DNA of 64,000 nt from Klebsormidium nitens (Eukaryota; Plantae; Klebsormidiophyceae): assembly GCA_000708835.1 (NCBI GenBank), contig DF236960.1, positions 396,847 through 460,846 on the forward strand, written 5' to 3'. Positions 1 through 12,181 of this stretch are shown here, piece by piece. Under the pieces are notes generated by a model. That model was not told the DNA's origin and did not search any database. It saw nothing but the letters and a program-made list of their open reading frames with translations. Positions within the stretch are counted from its first letter, which is position 1, and each line of letters starts with the position of its first letter. The position numbers were made by a program, and so were the translations under genes.

Positions 1-284
1 GCAATCCGCTGTACAAAACGCCGTCTGCAATCAAGTTCGAGCAATGGACACCCGTAGCAGCACCATCCGTATACAGGCATTTCTCAGGGGTGAGCACGAA
101 ACTTTCCGCACAGGAAGTTCAGAGATACCACTGTTTCAATGTGGCCAACAAGCTTTCTATCTGTTCCAAGCAAAAGGCAGTCAAGCCTCCTAAAAGAAGA
201 CCATTCCGACAGCTTTCAGGTCGCAGCAAAACCAGAAACAGCTTGAAGACCCCAGACCAATGAATGCCGGAAGCGAAATCTTAC

Positions 285-610
285 CTTCTGACGATCTTGA
301 GCGCGTTCTCGGGCGCGTGCAGCTGGTTCGCGCCCTCGACAGCTGCCAGAAACTTGACCTGCGCGCGCGCGCGCGCCACAAGATCGTCGGAGATGACGAT
401 GCGCGCCGCGGCCGCGTTCTCCTCCTCTTGGCAGCTGCCCAGCGGCACGCTGACGTCAGCGGGCTTCTCGGCGAGATGGGGCTGGACAGCTGGCCCAGGA
501 GTCCATATGCACGTCGCAGCAGCCCGTGTGACGTCACTGCCTTGCTTGCAGGGACGCGCGCTCAGTGGTGCCTTCTTCCCGGAGGAATGAGCAGCGCAGA
601 TTGCAGCCAT
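285..610 (-). CDS. First exon of a GRDP/DUF1399-like (glycine-rich domain-containing) protein; the gene probably continues off the left edge
   Basis: ORF 281..853(-) contains EEENAAAARIVISDDLVARARAQVKFLAAVEGANQLHAPENALKIVRR. This resembles the plant GRDP N-terminal motif (E..AQKI.ISVDL.AAAK..L.FL..VD...LY....L..AI.RY) as I recall it. It is followed by a donor AG|gtaaga at 284. Probable ATG at 610. The next exon was not found inside the window. Confidence 0.55.
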
Positions 611-2477
611 GTTTTCCGGAAAAGGGTGCCGGAACAAGTAGAGGGCTTTGTTGAGCAAGGTTGGCAGAGATCCAAGCTGGGACGAATGCAATTGGGAGCT
701 GTTGGGAGAGCTGGGGAGTTGTTGAGTGGCTTGAATGCGGATGGAGGCAGCTAGCTTCTGGGGATTGCTTCTGATCGAGATTGTGCTCCAGGCTTTATAG
801 GAGCCGCAGTCCGACCACCATGAGCACCCAGTCTTAGAGCTAGTCGATGACATGATGCAATAGAGTCATTCAGTGCTTCAATGCGGAAGAGACAATGGGC
901 TGCGCGAGGGCCCGCGGCTCAGCCTCTCAGGTCAACAGTAGTTACAAAGGCCGTCATAATGAGTCCAGCCCAGCTGCCTCGACTGATAACAACCACTGTT
1001 AGTGCTCAGCTCAGGCTCTCACGGTAGCAAGTAGACAGAATCCTCAATCTTGCAGCCGTACAGCTAATCATTGGAGTGCATATAAGTCCGTGGACCTGCG
1101 CTTGCAGGTATGTGCCCACTGCCCAAGTGCCACCATTGCGACTCGGTGAAATTTGAATTGTTCAACGTCGAAGCCGTCCCGGTCTGTAATATTGGTGTCG
1201 CGTCGTTCGCTGCCGTATTTCCCCCCGGGCCCCTTTTCTGGGGCCGGCCGCGCGTCGGCCGGGGTGGGTTGCGCATTTGACGAATGCTTCGGCTGAACCG
1301 AAGCAGCTGAAGACCACACAGCTCACGTATCATCAGTTGTATGGCTCCAAGGTCATGCACCGGATCCTTGCGCCGTTGCAGCTGCTCTGACCCTATCCGT
1401 CTGGCGGGGTCTCACTACGGGCTCACTACTAGTACTAGTAGGACCGAATTATTAGCCCCGCCGCTTTTGCTAGTGACGTCTGATCAGGGACGTCTAGCGC
1501 ATTAGCCGGAGGGCTTCTGAACAAGTAGTCAACCAGAGTCTTCTCATGATCGATTGCTAATGCACGCAGCTGCTTCTGTTTTCACTAGCTTGCAAGCCCA
1601 GCTTGCAACCGTCCAGTGGTCAAGTCAAACTTTATAGCCGCGAGTGCCGGTACTCCTCCATTTCAATATTAAGCAGACTGGCTGCCGCTTTTCTTGACCT
1701 CCATGAACGTCCGCGGGCATTGACAGCTGGTCCCTCCTCTCGCTGCTCTGCTGGCCGGCTGGCTAACCAATAGTGTAGGTATTCTCCACGCACAAAAAGC
1801 TGCATTCATGACGGGCGGGCGTTTGCCAGCTTTCAAAGATTGCCAACAAGGCAGTAGTGCTTACTGGACGTCTCAAAACAGCTGCATTTGACTGAATCGC
1901 CGGCACAAATACTTGGATACCGAGCACACCCGTACCGGACCATCTCTTGATGTAGGCGCACACTGTGGCCTGGACGGTAGTAATCTCTGCTTTCAAGCTT
2001 AGGTTAGAGAGTTTTGCATTGCGCCAACCGACTGCTCATGGATAACTGATCAGTGGTCTCTCAATTGGAGTTCGGTGCGGGTTTACCAGCTTGCTAGCTG
2101 CCAACTGTCACCGTATGCCTAGCTCCTACTTAGTTACACTGCTCCTTATGCTGAAGCGCACAAAAGAGCAGATGGATGTGTTCCGCCAAATCCACCTGAC
2201 CATACTCCGTTTCGGCCGCAGCTAAGACAGAGATCCGTATAATAAGAACGCTTCTAGCACATCCCGAGCCAGCACCTCACTTGCTTGCAATTGGTAATCT
2301 GATGCATACGACGATCAATCAGCAGGGCTGATGAGCTTTGGACTGTTCTGATTGAGCTCGACTGAAGGAGAGTAGTATGGGCGGTGCAGCTGTTAGCTGC
2401 ACCCGACAGTAGCTTCGACAGAAAGTGGCGGTCTTTATTCGTCCACGTTCATTGATCCCTGATCGAGCTTCGAAATT

Positions 2478-5400
2478 ATGGGCAACCCAAATTTCAGCAA
2501 GCCTGCCGATGCGCTGCCAGAGTATTTTCCTCAAAAGATGGTCGACTTAGACGAGGAAGGGGCCACGATGTCGGACCTAGGTCCAGAAGCAAATGAGCAT
2601 GACGTAAGTTACAGATTTGTGCCGCACCTTACGGACGCCCTTCCAGAGACGGTTCGGCTATTGAAGCTAGCGGGGCCTATAGTTGGGGAGTCTGCCATTC
2701 TCAGCGCCCAGTCTGTTGCGTCCATGATCTTTCTCGGAAGATTGGGTCGTCTGGAGATGGCCGGGGGCGCGCTCGCGCTGACGTTGGCAAACATCTGCGG
2801 GTTTAGGTGAGTGCACCGTCACAGGGCTTTAACCTGTTTGGGGATTCATCTTCGGGGACGAGAAGGTTTTGAAACGCCAGGTGCTCTCTCCAAGTATTCA
2901 GAGGGTTTTTCTGTGTGCAGCCGTTTTGACTAACCAGGGAGCTGAGATCTCAGCGGATTCAGGATTCAAATCCAGGATCTTAGAGATTCGAAAGGCCGTT
3001 TTATAAGAGGCAATTTCAGGCGATGGTGGCACTCCTGCAGTCAATGTATTCACCCCTGTTTTTCCAGAGTTACCTGAAAGGTTGGCCGAAGTACCTTAAA
3101 TCAAAATCAGCAGACTGTGAAGGTTCCTGACTTGGTGATGAAGTGGTACGTCGGTCAACATGGGTCACACAGTTTAGAGTGTGTGGATTCGTCCACAAGC
3201 TTCTGCTTGGTGCGCAGCTTATGACCTCAGCTGCTTCGCGTCAGCTGCTGCAACTCCAGTGCTGAGGCGTTTTACCCATGACCCGCTAACGTCGCTCATC
3301 CAGAGCTTTTCTGTCACGTTAACTGAAGCCTAAATTTTACTCTGGATACGCTCTGGATTTCTTGATCTGCTCTAACCACCGCAAGCTTGGTCTCAGCCCC
3401 TCATTCAAACGTGGAGAACCGTGACGAATTCACTGACTTTCCCCTACGTAGCTGCTACTGCCGAATTTTATGCGGGGGCGCTTCTTTCTGACGCATCGAA
3501 CATCGTCTCTCCAGTATCCTCATGGGGTTTGGTGCCGGCTTAGACCCCATCTTGGGCCAGGCGTTCGGTGCGAAACAGTACGCCTCCATGGGTCGTATAA
3601 TGCAGAGAGGCTGGGCACTTCTGCTTTTGATATCCGCGCCCATCCTTCTCCTCTGGTGGAACGCTGAGGGTTTGCTTAACCAACTGGGCCAACACGCTGA
3701 TGTGGCGCATCAAGCGGGGGTGTTCATCCGTTACTTGATACCTACCCTGCTGCTGATGTGCTTCCGGTGTCCGTTCCGTTTCTACCTCAAGGCACAGGTA
3801 GGCCATTATCCGGTCACCAGTGTTTTCGAGTGAAGTCGCTATTGGTGGAAGAAATGTTTTGTGCCAGTTTTCGAGTGCTTCGTTCGCTGTGTAAGCGAAT
3901 CTCATGTCATGACCATCCATTTGGTGAAAGATTGCATTTGGCATTGGACGTCAATCCCAAAGAGCTGTCCGGCGGTATGTCCGATGCTCAAAACCCTAGC
4001 CAAAGTCATTTTCCTCGTGGAATGACTGCTTGAAAGAGGGTTGCTCCACAGTACCAATTGACGCCCTCAATCGCGCCGACATTGACTCTTGGGACGTTGC
4101 AAACTTTACAAACCGGACCCCTGGATTTGTGCAGGGCCTGACGCTCCCGCTTCTAGTTTCCCACGCCGTTCCAACCGTCTTGCTTTACCTGCCCCTCAAC
4201 TTTCTGTTCGTCTTCAAGCTTCGTTGGGGCCCTTTCGGGGTAGCGATGGCCGATTTTGCGACGGACGTTGTGGCGTTGCTCCTGCTTGCGGCATATGTCC
4301 GCTTCTCGCGTGTCTGCGAAAAGGCCTGGGACGGCTTTAGCTTCAGAGCCGCCTTCACAGAGTGGGGTCCGATTGTCAGGTGAAAACGAACGCTTCTATT
4401 TATCCCGTTGACTATCAACACTATACGCGATGGAGGAGGAGACCGAGTAGTAAAGTTCTGGTTTTACGATGTCTCTGCCTGGAAGGCAGCCCTCAAAAAG
4501 GCAGCGCTTGGTTGAGAGGGTCTTAGCAGTCCTACCGCGTTGTCAGCCGCTCTACGAAGTCAAGCTATAGTATAGCATGCAAGGAGAGCATTTCCAGATC
4601 TAAGCCTTGCTTCAATGCAGGCTGGGCTTTCCGTCTATGCTGTCCACCTGTCTGGAGTGGTGGGCGTTCGAAGTGATGCTCCTCTTAGCCGGCCTTTTAC
4701 CAGTAAGCAGCCCTCTCAATGTATTCCCTAACTCACATTGCCCCACTCCGTCTTGATCTCTTAAAACAAGATCTTAAGTTGCTTGGAGAAAAACGACAAA
4801 GATCCTGTATAGGACATGCTTGCCTATTCTTTTTCTCGCAAATACATTTGTTGTTGCTGAACTTGTAATTAGTCCTTCCTCTCTGCCAACCTCTGAAGAT
4901 ATGGGAGGATAGCGCCTGCCAGGATTTCAACGCTCTGTGATGCCATCCGTGAAACGGCGGCTCAAAGACTAGAAATTCCTCTCATGCCAAGTGTTTTGTC
5001 GAACTGACAGTCATTCAAGCAGCCTTGCTGTCCATCGAGTAGACCTTGTGGTTAACTTCGTGACAAATGCTCAAGGAGAAAGAGGACGCAAAATTCTGGT
5101 CACTAAGCAGCATTCCAACTTCGATGCCCACCTTGTGCGCAGAGGCCCGACCTCTCAGTCTCCACGATGGCCGTCCTCTTCAACGTCAGCCGCCTCTGTT
5201 TCTTCCTGCCGAAAGCCCTGGGAGCAGCCTTGTCAATCCGGGTCAGCAACGAGTTAGGCGCTAACCGTCCCGCGCGCGCGCGCCTAGCCGCCCACGTGGC
5301 AATGTGCTGGGCGGTCTGGTCCAGCGTCCTAATCACCTGCGTATTATTGGCGACTAGGAACGCCTTCCCGCTAATCTACGGCAGCGGCAGCGAGTTCGTC

Positions 5401-5826
5401 GGGTTAGTGGCGTCGGTTACGCCCGTTTTCGTGGTTTGCAACTTCTTCGATATGGTGCAGTTGGCATGGGCGGGCGCGCTGCGCGGCTCCGCGCGGCCGA
5501 CCATCATGGCGAAGGTAAACGCGGCCGCGTATTACGTCATAGGGATCCCCCTCGCGCTGCTTCTGGCGTTCCACTACCGTGGGGGTTTGAGGGGTTTGTG
5601 GGCGGGTATGAGCGCCGCCGTTATCTTCCAAACGGCTGCAATGCTTGTGCTGATAATGAGGACGGACTGGTCGGGCGAGGCGGAGAAAGCAGAGAAGACC
5701 GTGAGAGAAAGCGACCGGTTGGTAGAGCTGGGCAGCAAGCCGAACGAAGCAGAGCCCAGCGAGAGGGAACGGCTCATTGTGACTGAACTCTGGCAAAGGT
5801 TTGAATTGCTAGCCCAATTACCCTGA
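2478..5826 (+). CDS. MATE (DTX) efflux family transporter, 5 exons
   Basis: Phase-consistent exons 2478(or 2538)-2806, 3515-3797, 4135-4379, 4621-4702 and 5143-5826, all GT-AG. Plant MATE motifs: LGRLGRLEMAGGALA, GLDPILGQAFGAKQY, CLEWWAFEVMLLLAGLLP, IRVSNELGANRP, GLRGLWAGM. Confidence 0.93.
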
Positions 5827-8230
5827 GGTCTGAATCGTGAGTTCGTACTACGATTCGCGTACAACCCAGAGCGATGAGAGCTTCGGCCGTCGCACCGAAA
5901 AATGTAAAAAGAATTGGGAAGAAAATGAAATGCTTGTGACGGACCGAAGACGCCGGGTTGCCCGTGGCAGGGATTCCGACTGGCAGGCGCGCGGCCGAGT
6001 CAGTAAAGGTCAGCCATGAGCATGCGGCCGCCGCCAGGCTCCGGGTTGTGGACCGTTGCCAGATCGGCCGGAGACCTGTGTAAATACTCACATGCATCGA
6101 TCATTTTCTGGTAAGTACAAGGTGCGTTGATAATGATGAAATGATCTTACGATTAAAAGGGGGCATGCAGGCCGGGACGGCGAGTATGCTCAGAGCCGGG
6201 CCGCCGGCTCCATGAACGCGAATCCACTTCACAATCATAGCTGTCAATAAATCTTAGTTCTCAGGCTGCATGCATTTAACTTCCACGTACGTACGTTGCA
6301 AGCCTGCATATACGTTACGGTGTACGCATCAAGCCTGACACACCACGGCAGAACGTGATTATGCGTTATACACTGATGGGCACAACAATTCAACACATAG
6401 GTATTTCTCATTATACGCACGCTAGCTTGTTGGATTATGCATGACGTACGAATGTCATTCACGGCTACTCACAACGGGACCTTACTCAGTCATCGATCCG
6501 CTGCAGCAAAGTTACTCAAGCTCCATCCGATATCGTATGGCCTGACCAAACCCGATGAGTCCCCAACATAAAGCAGGCTCAGCGCCAGACTACGTACTGT
6601 AAGTTGCCTTCATGTCGTGCGCCCTCATGCTGCCCATGCCGTGTAGCTGCGACGTATCGTTGGAAAAGCTTCAGCAGCTCTTAAGCTCCAGCCCGCTGTA
6701 TACGTATTGGGCCGTACGCAGTAAACCGGCATTCAATGCGTCGCTCACCGTGAATGCCTATACACGCGCGGCTCGGGCCGATACCATGGGCAGTCCGTGG
6801 CACGCAGCACTTTTGCGGCTAGCCAAGCACTACAGGTATAAACATGCCGTGGCGGCAGCCTGCACCGGACCTGACTAAAAGCATGCAGCGCTGCAGGCTC
6901 GTTCTGCCAAGCGCTTGCGTCTGCTGCTCATTCATTTTAATATAGAGGGCTTAGAAACCGTGAACGGATGCTCACAAATCCTACCTCAATGACTCAATGG
7001 GGCTAAGTACCCTTTAGCCCGCTGATCGTGGTCCGGAAAATCCGAACAGACGAGGGAAGCCGAAAAAAAGAGTCCCAGTGTTTCGACGCTATCCGCTTCT
7101 CTGCTGGTTCTAATCGACTCTACGAATGTGCATAGCAGCAGATCTTGAATGGAGCTTGGCGTTGGTGCAAACTGGCGAGAACCTGACCATTTATTTTCTT
7201 GCGACCTTATCTTTTTGTCTAAAAACATCGCAGATTGGCCAGATGCAGTGGACGTTTAGAATGGGCCGATCTGCTGTCCAAACATCGTAGATCACCTGCT
7301 GGGGAGGAAACGAATGTCTCATTGCGGGCACCAGGAAGCTGCCGCTTAGGCCATGCAAGAAAAGAGTTTAACCGGACGACAGCTTGCACGGCGCAGGTCT
7401 TAGCATTTGAGTTTTAAGGCCAGCAAAAACAGACCCAGAAAGTCACAGCAGAGCTAGATTCTGGAGTAAGGGTAGGGATGCCGAACCCCTGCCGAACAAA
7501 GACATCCTCTTACGTTGTCCTACAACATGGGTCTGCTTGCCAGCACGAGGTGCTGTGAAACTCTCTGGCGGCCAAAAGCAGACTTTCAAACGGGAAAACG
7601 CTATGATGCAAGGGTTCGTTTAGCACTACTAGCCGGATACTCAGAACGTCCAAAGACAAACAGAGTGCAACGGAAAGGGACCCAGAAAGGCTCTAGCTGC
7701 GATTTTCAGCCCTCACCTTTCCAGGGGGATTTGGTTGAAGCGGGGACCCCCCCGTCTCCGTACTGTTACGTACGCCTCACGAACGGCGTATCTCTTAAAT
7801 CAGAAACCTGCATAGATTGAGGAGGATTAGATGCTGCCAGCCGGGGGGAAAGGGGAACGCAGATAGGCTGCTGAATGAAGCAAAGTGATCAGCATTCCGG
7901 GAAATTAAACTTCGAAAATCCATTAGCCAACGGCGTGTGAACTATGCTTGAAAAGGGTCTTTGCATGTTTGCTTGCATGCAAGTTCACTGGCTAGCTAGG
8001 CGGTCGCTCTATTACCACCTGGCCGTCGCGAAGCGCTTTGCGAGTACTCTCTCAAGAAGGAACGGGGAAATTGAAGAATACGGCAGAGGCTTGTGAAACC
8101 AAGGGCAGAGACTCACTCTAGTAATTCAAGTGGAAGTTAGAAAGTTTCTCGTGATTCTTAGTCACGCGGGGATTAAAAACGTCGTCTAAGGCGTAGACCG
8201 ATCGAAAACCGTTTCGAAACAACCCCTCTC

Positions 8231-9937
8231 CGAAATACAAGCTTCCGTGGTCAAAAGCGACTTCATCAAGCAAGTTTGACCGCAAAGTCTTCTGCACTGT
8301 AATCGTTTATAAAGAGACGTCTCTTGATGGCGGGTCGAAGCTCACCACTCTTGGTCCGCCAGTGCCTATCCGCCCCATACTCTGCTGGCAAAGGCCCGCG
8401 GAGCTGTTGTTAACGCCAGCCAATCTCCTTTCTCTGGCTCTTGAGAGGGGAGCGCTGACGTCACCACTTCGCTCCTGACGTCATTACCTGACGAAGGCGA
8501 GCGCAAGACTCAGAACGACCAGGTACTGCATGAGGAAGGTAGAGGAGAACGGGCTGCCGATCAGAGGAAGAAAGCCTACAGGCGGTTCTGCATGAGCAAC
8601 ACGTTGCAACGGCAGCTTGCAGGATCCGGCTTCGAGAACGCACGTCACAGAACGGACGTCGTTGAACGGACGCCTAAATAGTGCTGATGCACGCAAAAGC
8701 TACAAGATTCGAAGTTCATCAACCCCGATACCAGGAAACTTCTCGATTCTAACGGGGAAGATCCCGCAGCCTTTACTACGCAATCACGCCTGTAAGAACG
8801 ACCTGGAGAAGAGCAAACATTCAAGAAACGATAAGAGAAGGAGAAGAAGATGCCTGCAGCGGGTTTCGAACGCTGGACGTCCTGACCCCGCAGAAAGTCA
8901 GTAAGCTTGACGGATTGGTATTGTTACACCGCCACACCTTTCTTCATAAGAACCTGACTTTCAACAACTTTCTGGAGGGTGACTTTACCTACGTCTACAA
9001 GCAGTTACAGAGGTCACGTGACCTGGATCTGAAAGGCATCAAGGTAACGTTAATTTAAGACTAATTTCAATGGTACAAATGTGATGCAACACCCGAAAAG
9101 CATGTCGGAGTAGCAACACGAAACCTCCAATGTTATGGACTTCAATGTCGGATGTCGAGCGCTCAGCGTTCAAGTCCGGCCACCGACACCTTCCACACTT
9201 TTCCTTGTGATTGCTTTTCTGTTTTCCTATCACTGGATTTCTTCTATACTAGAAGCAAGTCGCTGCTCAAGCGGGATTGCTCAAATCAGAACAGTCGAGA
9301 TGCTCCACCTAGGTCAGATCAGAGTATACGCTGAAAAGAAAGTCACGAATCCGAAAGCTCTGTACAAGCCTCGCCTTTATGCCATAAGAAAGGGGTTGCC
9401 TGCTCACCACGTTATCTGCATAAGGTGCCCTTCTACGACAGCACGGGGCAGGCGCCTGGAAGAAATCCACCAAGCGCAACGTCTTCCAGAAAATGACTGG
9501 CCAACTGTCACGAGCTTGCCAGTCCTTGCGGGAGCCCGGCGCTGACGTCATTCGAGCCAGCTGACGTCATCATCTGCGTGAAACGAGAAAAGCATCAGCC
9601 AAACAAGCAGAAGATAGATCTGAGGTCGGATTCTGCGCACTTGCCAGAGGGCGACCAACTTATGAGGAGATTATCGGACCTCAAGCAAAGCAAATCCGGA
9701 ACAGCAGGCCAAAATTGACTACTATCCTTAGACGTGTCCTGCTCAAAAAAATTTGTAGCAGTGACGAAGGCGTAGCTGACGTCTCACTGCTAGAAAGCGG
9801 TTCACGCAGCTAAAGCAAGGAACGAGGTCCGAGTCTGTGATCAAGTGCCGGAGCAAAAGTCTGCACTCTGGAAGGAAGTTGAAAACCACGAGCGGGATGC
9901 AAAAATGCAAGATGATCGAAAGTTGGAACACCATATC
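8231..9937 (-). pseudogene. Copy 1 of a ~1.7-kb tandem segmental duplication; decayed multi-exon gene of unknown function
   Basis: Colinear similarity to 10417-12026. Shared blocks include tacaagcttccgtggtca, cgaacgctggacgtcctgaccccgcagaaagtca, caagtccggccaccgacac and acctcaagcaaagca.atccggaacagcaggcc. A minus-strand exon with acceptor cag|ATGATGACGTCA and donor |gtgagc is conserved in both copies, but this copy has in-frame stops. Confidence 0.6.
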
Positions 9938-10416
9938 CGCTCAGCGTCAATTCGTGGAACGTTCAAGAAACATCGACAGACACCGTTAGACACTCGGTCT
10001 ATCTGATTGCCTGGCAGTCGCAGCGTGAGAGATCCCCGTCAACATCCTAGCCTGCACGCTTGAATTTGCCAGCGGGGATGGAAAACGGAGTCCACAGTCG
10101 GCTGTCGAATCAAGCAAAGTGGGCAGCAAGCCGGAAAACTGCAAAAGTTCGCTCGCCACCGAATCGCGAATCTGACTGAAGGAGCCTTCTGCACCCTTGC
10201 TTGTCCCCTGCAAGTCTGCTCGTCTCATCTTGAGTAAGCGGTCGATCCTGATCACCAAATGACAGTCACAAAGCGCCTGGCGACTTTCTCAATCAGAAAA
10301 GGGGTCTGTGGAGTATGTTAGAGACTCCGCTCTTACAATTTCAGTTACAATTCTGCCAGGTAGGAATTGAAACGGTCGTTCCAGGCTTAAATCCAAGCAA
10401 AGGCGTTTGGACTTCC

Positions 10417-12026
10417 CGAATACAGCTTCCGTGGTCAAGCGAATTCCATCAAGCAAGTTTGACTGCAAAGCCTTCTAGAACTACAGCGGCTGATCAAAGG
10501 ACGTCTCTTGAGTGCGAGTCGAAGCTCACCAGTGCTGCAGCACGTATGCGCAAGTGATCACTGACCCCTCCGTATGCTGTCCGCTTGGGAAGGCCCGTGG
10601 AGCTTTCCCCACGCCCCTTTTGCTGGCACGGGCGCAGACGGGGAGCGCTGACGTCATCACCTGGCAAGGCGAGCGCAGAGATTTTGGACAGCCTGATCTT
10701 GGATGAGGAGGGTAGCGGAAGAAAGGGCTGCTGATCGAATCAGATCGGATCGACGGGGCGGTTCTGGATCGGCAACGAGTTGCACAGCAGATCTCACGAT
10801 CTTGGTTCAAGCGGCCGACCACGTTCCAGAGCTTCATTGTACGAAGGCAAAATAGGGATGACGCACGCAAAGCTGTACCACTTCATCAGCCCCTGTATGA
10901 TGAAAATGTCTGCCGAGTATATCGAAGGACTTTCTGGCAGCTTTTATCATGCAATTACGCCTGCAAGAAGGCCGTGGAGGCGAGCGATCATCGAGAACAA
11001 GACAGAAAAAGGGATAAAGTGGGGGCGGCAGGCTTCGAACGCTGGACGTCCTGACCCCGCAGAAAGTCAACATGCTTGACGGTTTCGTTATTGCTACACC
11101 AGTTTCCCTACACCAGTTTCCGGAGGGTGACGTTACCTCCCAAAAGCAGTCACAGTAGTAACGTTACCTGAAACTGAAAGCCGTCGAGGTAACGTACGTT
11201 TCAAACCAATTTTGACGGTACATATATAATGCAGCACCCTAAAAGATGTCGGTGTAGCAACACAAAAACCTCCAACGTTATGGACTTTAACCGTCGGACG
11301 TCCGAGCGCTTCGCGTCCAAGTCCGGCCACCGACACTTCATAAAGCTCTTTGCAATATGCTATTTATGTCTCTTTTCAATCTTTGAGGGTCCGGCTTCTT
11401 TGTCCTTTTATTTAAGATTGCTCAGACCATAGCAATCCCAAAGATCCACCTGATAAGCTTGGTATGCATAATCTCTAAGCCCAAGAAAAGTCATAAACAA
11501 TTCAAGAAAGCCTTGCCTTCAGGTTGCATCAGCGGGCGGCCTGCTCACCCAACGAGGCGCCCTTGCTTGCCAGCCTGGATAGGTGCCCTGGATATATCCA
11601 CTCGGCACATCGTCTCTTGGAGACAGCTCCAGCTGACACCGTTCTGCCAGCCCATGCGAGTCTGGACCCCTGACGTCACGCGAGCCAGGTGACGTCATCA
11701 TCTGGAAAGAAAAGAGAAAGGCATCAGTCAATGAACCAGAAGTTGAATCTGCAATCGGGTTCGAGGAAGGGAACAACTTGACGCAATCGTCCGACCTCAA
11801 GCAAAGCAGATCCGGAACAGCAGGCCGAAATGACTTCCATCCTTGAACATGTCCTGGTCAGTATGTGTTTAGTAAGTGACGAGAGGCGATGCGCTGACAT
11901 TGCACACAAATAAAGCAAGAACGGGGTCGGAGTGTTTAATCGGTGCAGAAGGCTCCGTTCTGGCAGAAAGTTGAAACCACAAGCGGTACGTAGAACGTGA
12001 AATGATCAAAAGTGGAACATTACATC
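10417..12026 (-). repeat. Copy 2 of the tandem segmental duplication (possible gene or pseudogene)
   Basis: Colinear with 8231-9937. The minus-strand exon MMTSPGSRDVRGPDSHGLAERCQL...APRW is open and lies between ttccag and gtgagc. Peptides KVHNVGGF..FRVLHYICTVKIGLK and RRNCMIKAA match copy 1 peptides EVHNIGGF..FRVLHHICTIEISLK and RRDCVVKAA. Confidence 0.6.
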
Positions 12027-12181
12027 AAGCCATCCACCATCCTGTCTTCTGGAGAAACTTGGACCGCGCTTGCGGCGCACCCGAAGGTTCCAGACGCAAA
12101 AGAATGAGTTGTGGAGCGTCTCACACCTACGTTTGCAACTCGCCCCTCAACGGCCCCCGTCAACGGGTCTCGCTGGCGTCC

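Noticed and set aside
260-754. Plus-strand ORFs 260..754 and 264..590
   Set aside because: Antisense shadows of the GC-rich GRDP-like exon; no recognisable motifs.
1763-1996. VPAIQSNAAVLRRPVS, faintly like the hAT dimerisation motif
   Set aside because: It lacks the conserved ER.FS and there is no other transposase signal or TIR nearby.
8457-11697. Clusters of TGACGTCA (bZIP/CRE-like) palindromes
   Set aside because: They recur mainly because of the segmental duplication and some fall within predicted exons, so they are not independent evidence of regulation.
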